Assembly (NCBI RefSeq): GCF_036321535.1
Contig: NC_087436.1
Coordinates: 25,360,001-25,424,000 of the forward strand
Length of the DNA: 64,000 bases
Direction: 5' to 3'
Source: Camelus dromedarius
Taxonomy: Eukaryota
Shown: in pieces, positions 40,636 through 53,744 of the stretch
How positions within the stretch are numbered: position 1 is the first letter of the stretch
Layout: every line of letters starts with the position of its first letter
Translations under genes and position numbers: made by a program
The notes under the pieces: generated by a model
What the model saw: only the letters and a program-made list of their open reading frames with translations
What the model was told of the DNA's origin: nothing
Databases searched by the model: none

Positions 40636-40861
40636 TTTTTTTTTTTTAATTGAAGTATAGTTGATTTACAATGTTGTGTTCATTTCTGATGTACAGCATA
40701 GTGACTCAGTTGTACATATATATTCTTTCTCATTATATGTTATTACCAGATATTGACAATAGTTCCCTGTGCTAAGCAGGAGGACCCTGCTGTTCATCTA
40801 TTTTATGTACAGTAGTTTGTATCCACCAATCCCAAACTCCTAATTTATCCCTTTCCTCAAC
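40636..40861 (-). mobile_element. Short artiodactyl-type L1 3' end
   Basis: Poly-T + aattgaagtatagttgatttacaatg; TSD caggagtcgtgtttt/cagcagtcatggttt. Confidence 0.88.
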
Positions 40862-41369
40862 CAGCAGTCATGGTTTTGATCACTAAGAAATAAGTACTCC
40901 AATGGACAAATTTCTATTAGCAAATAAAAACCTTGTTTTTTTTTTTTTTAGAATTTCTGTCACCTTTAATTTCCACAAACACCATTTTAAAAAAGCTTAC
41001 AGTAATGTAGGAAAAGAAGAAAAACTGTTGACAGAAAGAAATCAAAGTGAATTCATACACCAAGGCAGAAGAAATAGGAACTAATGAAAAGTATTTTACA
41101 CAAAAGTTCTATGAATAAAGAAGTAATGATACGAATGTTTGTATTTTACGAAACATTATCACATATACTAGAGATCGCTTCTTTAAACTATCATATGAAG
41201 CAGCAGGATTACTTTTGTTCTCAGTCTGCAGATCAGGAAGTTAGAGCTCATGCTAGCTCATCTGTTTGTTTCCAAAAATCTGTGAAAGCAGATTATAGCT
41301 TAACTACCCTCTGCTAAGTAGGAAGAACCATTACCTAAGGATAATGATGGTAGTAGGTGATCTAGTTAC

Positions 41370-41760
41370 TGGGGACAAAGTGATGATCAAAAATCCCGGA
41401 AGTCCCTATTCTTTTGGAGCTTAGAGTTGATACTAAGAAAAGACTCACCTTCCTTCCCAGGAACTGATCAAAATATGCAGAGAGACAAAAATGGGGAATT
41501 AGAACCATCCCCATATACACAGATAGGGAAATGGTGCTAAACACAGATATAATGTAGAAATAAAAACAAAAGTTAAAAACATGTAATAAAATCAAGTCAG
41601 CCTCATAGGAAACAATAGGAGTGGCCAATGAAATGGGCGCAAATTGATAGGTTCTGAGGTCACAGAGGGAGATAGAAGACAAACTGGGAAGAGAAGTCTC
41701 CAGAAAGGGAGACTTAGCACCGAAGGAAAGTTTTCTGCTTGGGTGTCTAACTTACATTAT
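41370..41760 (-). mobile_element. L2 fragment
   Basis: ccctattcttttggagcttagagtt...aggttctgaggtcacagaggg. Confidence 0.4.
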
Positions 41761-42639
41761 TTAGGAAAATGGTCTGTATGATGTCATGATGGACACTGTG
41801 TCTGTGAAGGATTGAGGTCAATTAAGTAACCTGCAAGAGAAATCCTTAGAGATGGGTGCTGGTTATATATCTATTCAATCAAATATTTTCCACATGTATT
41901 TTCTGTTGTTTATTTAATGTTTTATTTGGACTTTAAGTGCCCCTCTTCAGTAATCCCTTGCAAAGATATTGGGGACCTTTTTGGGAGTAGGGGAAACAAA
42001 CACATAGTTTAGATTTCTTTGCAGAGATTTTTTTTGACTGTTGATATTCTATAAATGATTTGAATTTTTTAAATGTTGTTTGTATTTTTAAAATCTATTT
42101 TTTTAATCTCTTGAAGGACTTTGCTTCTGTAGTCATATATTTTTAGGGATAATAAATGATTAATAGTGTTAATTACACCTCGAATTGGGATCTGCCTTGT
42201 CGATTTCCAGAGAATTTAAAAATATTTTTTCAACTTGGATTTTGAGAAGCTTTTGTGTTTCAAGTTGGTGGATTCCTTCTAAAACAAACCCATATAAAAA
42301 TGTTTGTATTCTTAGGAACTGACAAGAGAAGACCAAGGATTGCTCTGACTTTATGTTGACATCTAAGGGAAGATGAACCTCTTCATCCAGGCAGGGTTGA
42401 AAGTTGATGTTTAATGTGCTAAAGTGCAGATACAGGGCTTACACTCGAAGGACCTCGGACCTGAAGATAAACATGGGGAAAGTGCCAAGAAAGGACAGGA
42501 AGTCAGCCAGTACTTTCACATTTATTATAGGCATTTGGAAAAAAGAGTTGTGTGGATAGCAATAGCTGGTGCAAATGGTGAGCTGATTCATTACCTCCTT
42601 GCTTTAAACGTATCAGCAATATGAAACAACTGAGTGGCC

Positions 42640-42865
42640 ATAAGCAAGAATACTGGTGACCTAGAGCTACAGTGTCTCAGGGCTCTGGTCATCAATAGCG
42701 CTGAGACCTTGGGCAAGTTAATTAATCTCTGTCCCTGTTTCTTCTTTAACATCATAGCGATAATATTGTTCTCATTAAGCTATTGTGGAGATTAAATGAG
42801 ATGATGTGTGACAAGCTTCAACACAGAGCCTGGTAATGATTAGCATTTGAAAATGATAATTTAAA
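42640..42865 (+). mobile_element. MIR SINE
   Basis: ctgagaccttgggcaagttaattaatctct...gattaaatgagatgatg. Confidence 0.8.
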
Positions 42866-42948
42866 ATTTTAATTGCTCCATTCTTTCTCTCCTACTCTCG
42901 ATGCAATTCCACCTAGACTGGATCCCTTTGGAGTTGTTAAAAGAATTC

Positions 42949-43290
42949 TGTGTTAGGCTATTCATAGAAATTCTTGTTAAAAGCAACAGAAATGGACTCT
43001 TACTGATGAAGGAGGAAAAGCGTTTATTTTTATTTTTTCAAAGGGTAACTCATAGAATGCTAAGGTGACTAAATAAACAGGCCCAAGACTCAGCTTCCAG
43101 GAACATTGCCCCAAACCATGCTGCAGACCTGGCTTGCTGACTGAACTGCTGCCACACCCACCCTCCACACCTCTCTGCCTGGAATTCCAGTTTACTGCCA
43201 CCCCTACTGGAATTATTTCAGAGCCAGGTATGCAGGTATGCAGTCTTGCAACCTTAGAGAAGCTCTGTTCTCGTTCATAAGTGAAGGGTC
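42949..43290 (-). mobile_element. LTR33/MLT1-like LTR
   Basis: aagcaacagaaatggactct...tttatt...gggtaactcatagaat. Confidence 0.5.
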
Positions 43291-44239
43291 TGCTTGATTT
43301 GTGGTGCTTTGCCTCTGATTCAGCTCAGAACATTTTGGCTACTTGTCTCATGATGTATTAGAATCCACTTCTTCCCTTTGCATCATTCAGTAGGACATTT
43401 AAAACCCTATGCAAAGGTAGACATGCTGATATGGACAGCTGCTAAATGATCTGTACATATTGTGAGCAGTTTGGCTAATAAATACGTATATTAGGATTTC
43501 ACACATAAAGATTCCATTCAGCATGGAATAAAGGTAAATGACTTAAATACAATGCCTTGATGAGTTTGCTGATAATCATGATTTGATATTAGTTAAAACT
43601 TCCTCTGGTTCAGCATGATGAAACAGCAAAGGAATGAGTCCTGGATAACAAGTTCTATCACAGTAAATGCTACACAACGGAATGAGGGAACCAGAGAAAT
43701 GTTATTAAAATTTTGTGACCCAAGGAGAACATAGTAGAAATGGTTAAAATTTTTATCTTTCAGTTGATAGAGTTACTATAACATAATCTATGTTTAAAAG
43801 AATATACATAAGAAAAAATCTATAAAGTTATGTCCAGAGCTGTAACCTTCAATACTCCTGAGAGGCAATCTAAAAACAGCAAGAGTAAATATTTTACCTT
43901 TATTCTATAGAAAAAAAGAAATTGCATTTTTTCCCCCAGATGAGCCAATTCACAGGAAGGTTCTTTTCATACAAGTTACTATTAATTTTAATTTCTTGCA
44001 TTTGGCTCTCTTGGGCATTTGTACCTAATGTGCACTGTAGGTTCATCTATTTTTAATTACAGTAAGTGATAAAGATTTTTAACTGAGGTTAGAGGAACTG
44101 AAGCTTATATGTCAGATTTACTAATGCTACGACTTTAAGTGAACAAGATTTCAACTTAAGCAAGAACTTTCCTCTCTCTCAATTCAGCTGTCTAATATAG
44201 CATAACATTAACATTGGTTTGTTTTTGCCAAGCATTTTC

Positions 44240-44360
44240 TGTCCCCTGTTTTATGGAGAAGAGGAATCTGACACTGCAAAAGTGGAGTCACTTGACCAAG
44301 ATGACAAGATTTAGAGTGTATCAAAGTAAGACTTTGAACACAGTCTGACTCTATGTTTTC
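44240..44360 (-). mobile_element. MIR fragment
   Basis: ttttatggagaagaggaatctga...acttgaccaagatgaca. Confidence 0.55.
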
Positions 44361-44375
44361 CCGCTTAAAACATTA

Positions 44376-44612
44376 GTAATAATAATAAAGATTTACTGTA
44401 GCTTTTCTCTGTGCCAGGCACTATTGTAAGCACTGTATTTTATCCTTTAACCTTCACAGTAAAGCTGTGAGGTAAGTATAACTGTCTTCACACTACAGAT
44501 TAGCAAACTGAGGCACAGCAGTGTTTAAGTAACTTGCCCAAGGTCACACCACTAGTGAGGGACAGATCTCAGTTTTGAACCAGGCTGTCTGGCTCAGAGC
44601 CCAGGGTGCTAA
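44376..44612 (-). mobile_element. MIR SINE, near full length
   Basis: ctgtgccaggcact...aaactgaggcacag...taagtaacttgcccaaggtcacac. Confidence 0.9.
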
Positions 44613-44749
44613 AAATCCCTCTCCTCCCAATCTGTTGGCTTTTAAAAAAATATTTCAGTTTCTTTCATATTATGTCTAAAGTCTGACCTCAAGCTGGAAG
44701 TTTCTGCTTTAAAATCATAGACATGTGATAGAGACTGGCATTACACAGG

Positions 44750-45600
44750 TGAATGAGGAAGAGAGCCACACCCGCACAGATTTAAAAGCTCACAAGAGAT
44801 AAGTAAGAGGGACAAGAGAGGATATGAGAGAGAGTGTTAATTATAGGGGAAATACCTTTGGGAATTCAGGCAGGGACATGATTTAATCTTGTAATAGGCC
44901 AGAGTAGGTCTCCTGGCCTCTGTAATGTTCAAACTGATAAATGAATGATGGACAGGTGTCACCCAGGGGCTTTTAGGGTGAATTTCAGGCCGATGCTGCA
45001 GAAAGTCTGACCACGCAATGGTAAGAGATCATAATTTGTGAGCGAAACTGAAAGCATTGTAATACAGTCCCTGTGAAGGAATGGTGAGCATTCTGGAATT
45101 TGAGGGTGGAAAAACATGTTGGGAAGAATTCATGGAGGGAACTTAAGAAGTGTGGATTTTATCCTCTCAGAATGGAGGGTAGATTGTAATGGGGCAAGAC
45201 TGGAATTGGAGAGAGAAGGCTGCTCCAATTGCCCAAGCAAAGGAATCTGATGGCTGGACTAGGAAGCTTTCACACTGGGGAGAGGGAAGAAGAGATGACG
45301 GAAATACTTAGGAGGCAGTATGTACAGGTTGTGGCTGAGTAGATGTGAAAGATGATGGAGAAGTTGATGTCCAGGTTAACACCTAGGTTTCTATCTGGAG
45401 TAACTGGGTTAAACGGCAGGGCTATTTACTAAGATAGGGGGCAGGACAGTAGATCAGGTTTGTGGGGAGGATGGTGAGCTCAATTTTAGAATGAGAATTA
45501 AATGGATGTGCTGAGAAATAGTAGAGGTTGCAAACCCAGGAGAGACGTTTAAGCTGGGAATGGACATTTTGAAAGCATCAGTTGTACAGTAGGTATCCAC
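44750..45600 (-). mobile_element. L2 fragment
   Basis: ggattttatcct; ggggcaagactgga; ggagtaactggg; atggtgagctcaattttaga. Confidence 0.7.
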
Positions 45601-45806
45601 AGGGAAAACTTTTAAAGAAGTTACCTATTTCTTTTTGGAGAGATACCAAGATGAGATGTTTTAAAGAGTCCCCAAACCTGGACTGTAGTCAACTAAATAC
45701 AGAATACATTTATGAAATACTAAATGTCACAGTGGCATTTTTATGTAAATGATTTTTATAAAGATAGGAAAGTAAATTATTAGCAAATCTGTTGTGTTTT
45801 TGATAT

Positions 45807-45825
45807 TGTCGCCATCTGCTGTATT
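45807..45825 (-). promoter_or_regulatory. CTCF-like motif
   Basis: Minus strand reads ACAGCAGATGGCGAC. Confidence 0.45.
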
Positions 45826-46564
45826 TTGAATTGTTAATATTATTTTGTTATAACATAAAAGCAAGGCAGGAGTTTTGGTGCTGAGATCCAAAGACAGGAA
45901 TTCTGGAGAATAAAGGTGACAATTTCCTTGTACTGAGAAGGAGGAGTATGCTATCCTTGTGATGACTTTGCTTGCCTGCAGTAATGAGTGAATGACTTTG
46001 AATTATACGAAGGTTAATTAACTGGTCATTCTTGATGAGAGTGTAACTCTGTGGTGGGTCATTTGTGAGACACCATAAATTCATGGCAGATTCAACTTGC
46101 CATTCCTGTTTTAGGCCATACTTTGTTTTGAACACAATTTTTAAATGCACTTTCTATTAAATTTTGACTGCTGCCATATGTATGAATTAGCCAAGTCTAA
46201 GCAGCTAGATGAATGCACAGATTAGATGTGTTAGAGCTGTTCAAAGGCACGGGTGCCTGGAGAGATGGGGGTTTAAAATGTCTCTAATGGAAAAATGGCT
46301 TTATAAGCCTCTGCAGGAGCAGCCAGGGCAAGACTAATTGAGGAAAGAGAAGTTTCACAAAAAGTCAGCTGCTCAGTGGATAAGAGGCCCAAACCATTTG
46401 AAATGCCATGAAGTTTTTTTCTTTTTTCTTTTGCAAAGGATAAGGAAATATAATAGGCTAGAAATTAGAGAAGACATATCGTTTGTTTAAATAGTGAATT
46501 CTGGAGATCATTCCACCCAAAGGCACTACATGTGGCTGTAAACCGCACAACTGTCCAATGAGAA

Positions 46565-46584
46565 TGGCGCCCCCTAGAGGTGAG
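46565..46584 (-). promoter_or_regulatory. Strong CTCF core motif
   Basis: Minus strand reads CCTCTAGGGGGCGCC, with a retained CpG, in non-repetitive AT-rich DNA. Confidence 0.65.
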
Positions 46585-47467
46585 GTCAGCCTCAACATCC
46601 ACCTATTCCTTTATGATTTTGTGAATGAGTATGCTTCCAGCAAACAATTATTTTTTGCTCTAGCCAAATATTTCACCTTAACAAGATCAAAAAGAAGAAA
46701 ATTCTGCTTTTACAAAGCACTACCATTAAGTTATACTGATGATTTTTATAAATATAAAGTGTGTAGTGAATTACAAGCTTATGATTCAGTGTGTAAATCC
46801 CTAATACGTAATTCTGAAAAATCTAAAATGTGTTAAGGATATTGATTTATTGATATCATATAAAGTATTATCTTGCAATACTTTATATATTTGGGGTTTT
46901 TAATTATTCCACTTAGCCAATTACAGCTAGCTGAAATTGTTCTAGAATTGTTGAAAATGTTGATTCAGTTTAGGGTGGCAAAATGACATTTGACTGGAAT
47001 CTATTATAACTGACATTATGGCTCTTTTGATTTATTTTCAGTGCTGAACACAGATATCATTTATTTTAATATCCCTCTTCTCTGGCAATGTAATAAGGGC
47101 CTAGGAAGCCAAGACTTATAAATAAAGCATGTGCTCATTTCATTAATATTTTCATGATTAGCTGTTTGGGGATTTATGGATATGTTGTAGGGAACTAAGA
47201 TTGAACTAGGGTATAGATTCCCTCCAGATAGAGCCAGATGCCATGTATTTTTGTAAATATGAATAAGTTGTGTTGATTGCCAAATTTTTATTATAATCAT
47301 AAATACTCAAATTCCCTAATTTTATTAGTCTAAGGATAACAAAACAAAGCAATACATATGATTGCTTTATTTAAAGGTATCTCATCATTGTCATGTGGGG
47401 GAGAAAAAGATTTCTTTTATGTTGTAAATGTTTTTGTGTGTATGTGTGTGAGTAAAATAAAGGTAAA

Positions 47468-47600
47468 GGAGGGAGGAGGGTATATCTCAAGTGGCAGAGT
47501 GCATGCTTAGCATGCAAGTGGTCCTGGGTTCAACCCCCATCCCTCCTCTAAGAATAAATAAATAAACCTAATTACCTCCCCCAACCAAAAAAAAAAAAAG
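47468..47600 (+). mobile_element. tRNA-derived SINE (camelid Vic-1-like)
   Basis: gggtatatctcaagtggcagagtgcatgcttagcatgc..gtcctgggttcaacccc; tail aaacctaattacctcccc + poly-A. Confidence 0.88.
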
Positions 47601-47662
47601 AAGTGAAGAAAGAAAGAAACTCCCACTTGCTACCTTAAAGTTCTGCTACCTTTTATATTCTC

Positions 47663-47666
<4 letters not shown>

Positions 47667-47712
<46 letters not shown>
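47667..47712. repeat. (AC)23 microsatellite
   Basis: Perfect run. Confidence 0.97.
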
Positions 47713-47716
<4 letters not shown>

Positions 47717-48149
47717 CCACATCAAAACTATTACCTTGCTATTTTCAGGACTTTAGTATTTGGTTTGCGATAATGTTGTGATAGTCTGCTTATGGTAAAG
47801 GAAGAGTCAAAGCACAGATAACATCAGACACACTGGATTCAGTTTTCATAACAGTGAATACACTATACTCTCTGATAATTTGTGATTTCTCATTTTGATA
47901 ATTAAGCACATGTTTTAATGCATGGAAATGTTTTCCTCATATGTTACTCAAGTTTTAAAAAGTTTTGATTTAATAAGTCATGCAAAAGTAAGTATGTGAA
48001 TAAATACAGATTGTGATTTGTTTTATATGAGCATTAAGTATAACATGTTATAAGGATTCTGTTCCTTGGATTTTAATATATTTGTGTCTCTACTCCATCT
48101 TCTCCCAGACGTGCATTTATCAATGGTTGTTGATGCTTCTTTTCTCTTA

Positions 48150-48395
48150 CAGTGCTTATCTCTATAAAATGGGATAGTAATTCCCAGAGAGGGTCCTTCA
48201 GATATTTAATGACCAGAAAGGCATGGTCTAGTCAGAAGGAAAGGTGCTAATTAAGTCACACGGGGCAAAGCACTTGAATGTCAGTCCCTATAATAGCTAC
48301 CTTCCATGAGAGGTGAGACGAATTGGAGACGTAAAATAATTAAGACAATATATGTAAAGAACAAGGAAAGAGTGCTTAACAGATGTTAGCCAAGT
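48150..48395 (+). mobile_element. MIR fragment interrupted by a possible hAT MITE of about 105 bp (about 48185-48290)
   Basis: atctctataaaatgggatagtaat ... taatagctacct...aattaagacaatatatgtaaag. Confidence 0.4.
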
Positions 48396-49380
48396 TAAAT
48401 GTTAGCAGAGAGCTTTCTTTCCTTTTTTGGCTGCTCTCTCAACATTAATTGAACAAACTATAAAAATTAGGGAGCAAAGTATTTTAAAATGTTTATGTTA
48501 AAAATACATAATTCCCAATTCTTGCTTAAACTTGGCTAAAGGCAAGGTAAACTATTACAAAAAAAAGTTTCTATTTACTAGGATGAAATTTATAATGTAA
48601 ATTCCATGATAAATGAAGGACACAGGAAGCAATACATTTTCTGCCTAATCGTGACCTCTCCTTGTGCTTATTTGCAATTCCTTGATTGCTAAAATAAAGC
48701 TTGGTAAGTTAATACCTCTGCAGAAAACACATTTTAATCTCCCTGGAAAAATCTTAGTGAACGACACAGTGACGGGGATAGCGCCCACAGGTTTACGTTT
48801 ATCCTTAAACACTAGTGGGTAAATTTCAAAAGCATAATCAAATAAATTGCTGAAAATGACAGTTTCTCTTTAAACTAACTGCTTAGGATCATTTACCATG
48901 GCAGATTCAAATTAGAGATTAATCACAAAGCAATTTGTTTAGCTTTTGTAAAGGGTTAATGCCCAGAATGCCATGAGCACTTCTATTTTAAGACTTCCAA
49001 TAAGGGCTGTGATTATCCATCCTACGTGGCGATACAGTCTTTAATAGCTGCTTATATCATTAGTTTTTCAACTCTGTAGAATTTCCTTCTTTTTTTTAAC
49101 AGTTTTATCACTGGTGTGCATAAAGTGAGAACTAAAGGAGTTTATATTAAATTTTCCTGTTAAATCAGCAAAAAGCTTGAGGATAACCTTTTGAGCCTAG
49201 ATAGTTGTTCTTTTAGTGTAGGGCAACTACCTGTTCTAAGAGACTGGTTCATAGAGAAATTTCACTTGCATGTAGTAAAATAAAATTAAGATATGAAATA
49301 TCTATTAAGCATTTTTATGTCTTACGTCTTTATGTTTAAGGAATGCTATTTTATATGTGTGTAAATGATGAGAAACAGAC

Positions 49381-49793
49381 TGTGGCAGAGACTGGCTAGC
49401 TGTTCATCAAATTTATTTACCTGCCTTTTGGATTCAGAGCTAAATTCCCCTTGCTGTGAAAGGTGGCCATATAATTGAGTTCCTGCCAGTGGCACGTGGA
49501 TGGAAGCGATGTTGACCACTTATAAGACCCAGCCCATAACTGTTTTCCCTCTACCGTCTGTATCACCCAGTCTGCAGTGGAGTAAGAGACGTATTTCACT
49601 TGGAAGCTGTATTTTGAAGATATTGGGGCCACTGACAGCCTCGATTCCTGAGTGACTTTGTAAGGCAGGATCTCCCTCGGCCAAAACAAAAATACCCATT
49701 CTTGTTCTGCAAGGTCAGTGGAAGAATTTACATTTCCACTAGTAATGCATGAAAATTCTTCTTGAGTCTCAAGTGAAAGCAGTGCCTTAATCA
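49381..49793 (+). mobile_element. MLT1J-like LTR
   Basis: tgtggcagagactggctagctg...tgagttcctgccagtgg...cagcctcgattcctgagtgac. Confidence 0.75.
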
Positions 49794-51421
49794 AAACCTC
49801 CTCCTCCGGAAGCCCAGACGAGTTTTTGTCTCCCCAGCGATAAGAGATTGCCGGCAGCTCTGCCTAGGTTCTTAGCCTCCTTGCTTCCACTCTGCCACCT
49901 TCACCTTCTCACCCCATGGAACTCTGGAATCTACATGTCTCAAGTGACAGTGCAGCTCAGAACACTGGGTCCCTTCTCCATCATTTCCTTTTTTCCCCTA
50001 GGTGCTTGGCTTGCCAAGTCCTGGCTGCTATGGTAACCCAAATTTCGATTATTCTTTCCGTGTGTTGTGAGATTGCTGAAAGCTCTGCTCAACTCTCAGC
50101 TTCTCTGATGCCACTTTAATTTTGGATTCTTCTCTTAATGCACGTGGATTAAGAATAAACAAATACTTCAAGGAAAATAATGAGGAAATGTCAGTTCCCT
50201 TCAGTGATTTTGCCTTTTTCTCTGAGGTCACGAGCCCTCAAATCTTGATGCCATGATCACTCTGTAGTGCCACAAAGAATCTGATTTTCATTGCTTGTTT
50301 TCTGTTTATTTTGTTCAGTGACGATGGTGGTTGTCGATTGGAGGGGTGCACTGAGACAAGCTGTTCTGACTGTATGTCTAGGAGCAGGGGGTCTCTTGGT
50401 TTCCTTTCAAGTATGTGTGATGTTCTCTTCGTAGCCTGATGATAATTTACCTCAGTGCTAATATTATGAAATGTCCTTTTTTATTGTTTCATTGGTGGCC
50501 GTAAGATTTATGCCCCAAACCGTAGGCCATCCCAGGGACTGTGTGGTCATGCCCCCTTCATGTGCTCTGTCAGCCTTTCATCTTCCCCAGTATTATCCTG
50601 TAGTAAGTAGCCTCCTCCCAATGTCAGCATTCTTTAAAATAACAAACAGTGGGTTACGTTCAACACCAACAATCTGGAAATACAATGTACATATTTGCAG
50701 TTATTCAGGATAAAACTATCATGTTATTCAAAATTCTGAACTCAAAACTCGTTAGGTGAGCCTTGCTTCTTTAGGAGGTAACCTTCCCTCCGTTTGAAGA
50801 AGCCTATAATATTGTTTTGTCTCATAGTATCACGGTTATTATATGGTCTGCTACAAAGAGGCATTATGATTGTGCTTTAAATGCATATCTTCAAGCAAAG
50901 TCTTCTAGGTTTACTAAAATATTTCCATAATTTTATTAGAAACTTTTTTATGTTTATGTAAAACTATGCATATAAACTTTTCTGGGCAAATTGAAGGCAT
51001 CAGGGGCAAAGCATGATTATTTATGTCTTCCTTTCTTTTGTTAGGTAAAGTATTAACTATGTATAAATAGATGATCGCAACAAACCACACATGAAATAAA
51101 ATAGAATATGTAATTTCTGAATTGGTGAGGGACTTTGATGAATCCTAGAGAAAACATATTTATCACTTTCACTTAGGTAGATAACCTCCCCTCTCTTAAC
51201 CTTTTCTTGACTATACGGCTCTCTTTTGTCTGTATTTTACCATATTTATGAAAAATTTGCTACATGTCAAAGACTGCGCTAGGCAGTAAAGATAAACTTT
51301 GACTTTGACTTATGTTCGTTAACTTTTTCCAGGTACATAGATTTGATATTTTGTATTCTTCTCCGTAATTTAAAGCCCTATTATATACATTGCTGAGTGT
51401 TTTAAAGCATATTGGTTATAT

Positions 51422-51905
51422 TGTTCCTGTTAACTATTGCCATGTGATAAACCATCCCAAAGCTTAGTGAGTGACTTAAAACAACAACTTTTAATTATCT
51501 CTCATAATTCCTGGGTGCTGTCTGGGCCCGGCTGGGCAGTTGTTACGTGCAGTCTTTGGTGCTGTAGTAGTATGTGCTGAGGGCTCGGTTAGGCTGAAGG
51601 TCCAAGATGGCGCACATACGTGGCCTGTCGTAGATACTGACTGCTGGCCGGGGGACTGTTGACTCCCCATGACTCAGGCTTCTCACGGCATGCTGGCTAG
51701 TCTCCCACAGGGAACAACCTGAGACTGAATGTTCCAAGAGAGCAGAAGCAGAAGTGGTCAATCTGTCAAGACGTGAGCCTGGGAACTGTTTCAGCATCAA
51801 TGCTGCCATATTTTATTAGTCAGTACAGCTTAATAGACAGAGTCCCGATCCATGGGGAAGGTACACAGATGTCACCTGTCAAAGGAAGGAATCTCAAAAA
51901 AAATG
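51422..51905 (-). mobile_element. MLT1F-H-like LTR
   Basis: aaccatcccaaagcttagt..gacttaaaacaacaac; gtccaagatggc. Confidence 0.75.
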
Positions 51906-51939
51906 TGTGATCACTCTTATTCCACTATATATATGTGTG

Positions 51940-52800
51940 TGTTTATGCATTTACAATTATACAATACATAAATCCATGGTTATTTTAAAATTTCAAACAT
52001 ACGAAGTAAGAGTGAAAACCTTCTCCTTTCCTCTCCCCAAATTGCACTCTTTTCAACTATTATTAATATTAGTTGGTCTTTATCCATGTGAATGTTTTTC
52101 TACTTACTAAGTATATTTTGATTTTGCTTCTACACAAATAAAATCAAGTCCCTATTTTTCTGAAAATTACTCTTTTCATTTAACAAAATATTTTAGATAT
52201 CTTAATTTATACATGCATGTGTAATTTGAAATTACTGCCTATTCTATATTGTATAGATATATTTATTATATCTTGTAGATTTAGATTAGTTACAACTTTT
52301 GGTTATTGCATGCAATATTGTTTCTTTTCATTGCTCTTGGTACAGTGCAGAAGTCCACTAAGATATATACCCAAAGTGGAACTGGTAAATTGATGGGTAT
52401 TAATATTAAAAAAAGATGCTGTTTAAATAGGCATTATCATTTTACATTTTCTTCAGCAATACTATATGATACTGCCTCTTTTCCCTCATCATTGTCAATT
52501 CTGGATATTATCTATCTTTTCAATTTTTAAAAATCTAATGGATGAAAATGCTACTTAGGGTGTGCATTCCAATTTTCAATCCTTTGGCTATTGCGAGTTT
52601 ATGTATTGAGTCAATTTTGTGTTTTTCCTGTGAGTGCCTGTTTTATAATTTACCTATTTTCCTATTGAGTTTTATGTCATTTTAAAAATGATTTAAACAT
52701 ACTATTTACAGATTGTATATGTTCATTAATTCTTAGTTCATCCTATATCACACATAATTCCATCAAATGAATACATGGGGGCTCTATCTTGCTCCACTTT
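51940..52800 (-). mobile_element. Ancient L1ME-like 3' region
   Basis: gatatatacccaaagtggaactgg...acattttcttcagcaat. Confidence 0.55.
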
Positions 52801-52967
52801 TTATAAATAACTCTCGAGGATGTGTTCTCATGGTTCTCCAGCCCCTTGGGGAGGTCGGAGCCAGTCTCAGGTTGGTGGTTTGTGACCTGCAACATGTTCC
52901 CCTGGAAAGCGGGCTCTGCATGGTGCAGAGCAAATGCAGCTGGGCTGTTAAGACTGCCACACACTGG

Positions 52968-52984
52968 ATGCCCCTTAGTGGCAA
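52968..52984 (-). promoter_or_regulatory. CTCF-like motif
   Basis: Minus strand reads GCCACTAAGGGGCA, one mismatch to CCACTAGGGGGCA. Confidence 0.35.
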
Positions 52985-53551
52985 ACTAGTCAGGTGACAG
53001 AAGCCAAATATATATTTTTGGCTTCTTTTTCAACAGTGAAATGAAAGATTATACAAACAAAATTGAGTCATCATTTTTATCAGCATCTGAACTTAGACGG
53101 AACTTTGTATCTGGCCAGTTTGTTTGATGCAGTCTACAAGATAGGCAAGGAGGACATCATACTTTAAATGGAGTAATTTTTTTTATCGCACTTGAGTGAT
53201 GAACTCTATGTGAAGGCATTTAGAGAAAGGTTATGGTGTGGGAGGCTGAGTCACTCTCTGGAATGTTGTGAATGATACCAGAGAAATTTTACAGTAGGAA
53301 AGGGTTGGATTCTGTACCTTTAGCCATGTGGAGTGTTCAAAGCTTGGCTTGGCGGCCTGTGGCACACGAGATGAAGCCTGGGTTGTCTCAGGTGTGATGG
53401 TCTCACAGACATCTGGAGGCCTGGGGGGCTGAGCTGGCCTTCCCGGGGAAGCCACTGCTCCTCCACCTTCCGCCATCCACCTGTGACAGATGGCTGTGGT
53501 CGAAGAGCACCTCCTGGTGAGAATCCTCCTCCGCTTAGGTGTACCCCTGGG

Positions 53552-53744
53552 TAGAGTTATCAGAGAAAACATGGCACTCACTGTTACATTTGAATTTCAG
53601 ATAAACAATTAAAAATTTTAGTATAAGTGATTCGCCTGTAATATTTGGATATACTTACTTGGAAAAAAAATTAGTCATTGCTTATCTGAATTTCAAATTT
53701 AACTGGGTGTTTTATATTTCCATTTGCTGAATTTGGCAACCCTC
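53552..53744. mobile_element. MER53 palindromic DNA transposon
   Basis: Long inverted arms: tttgaatttcagataaacaa / ttgcttatctgaatttcaaa; end ttggcaaccct. Confidence 0.85.

Noticed and set aside
42301..42520. Possible + strand exon after tgtttgtattcttag
   Set aside because: No convincing donor and no recognisable peptide
51600..51613. YY1/CTCF-like ccaagatggcg
   Set aside because: Lies within the MLT1 LTR sequence; no independent support
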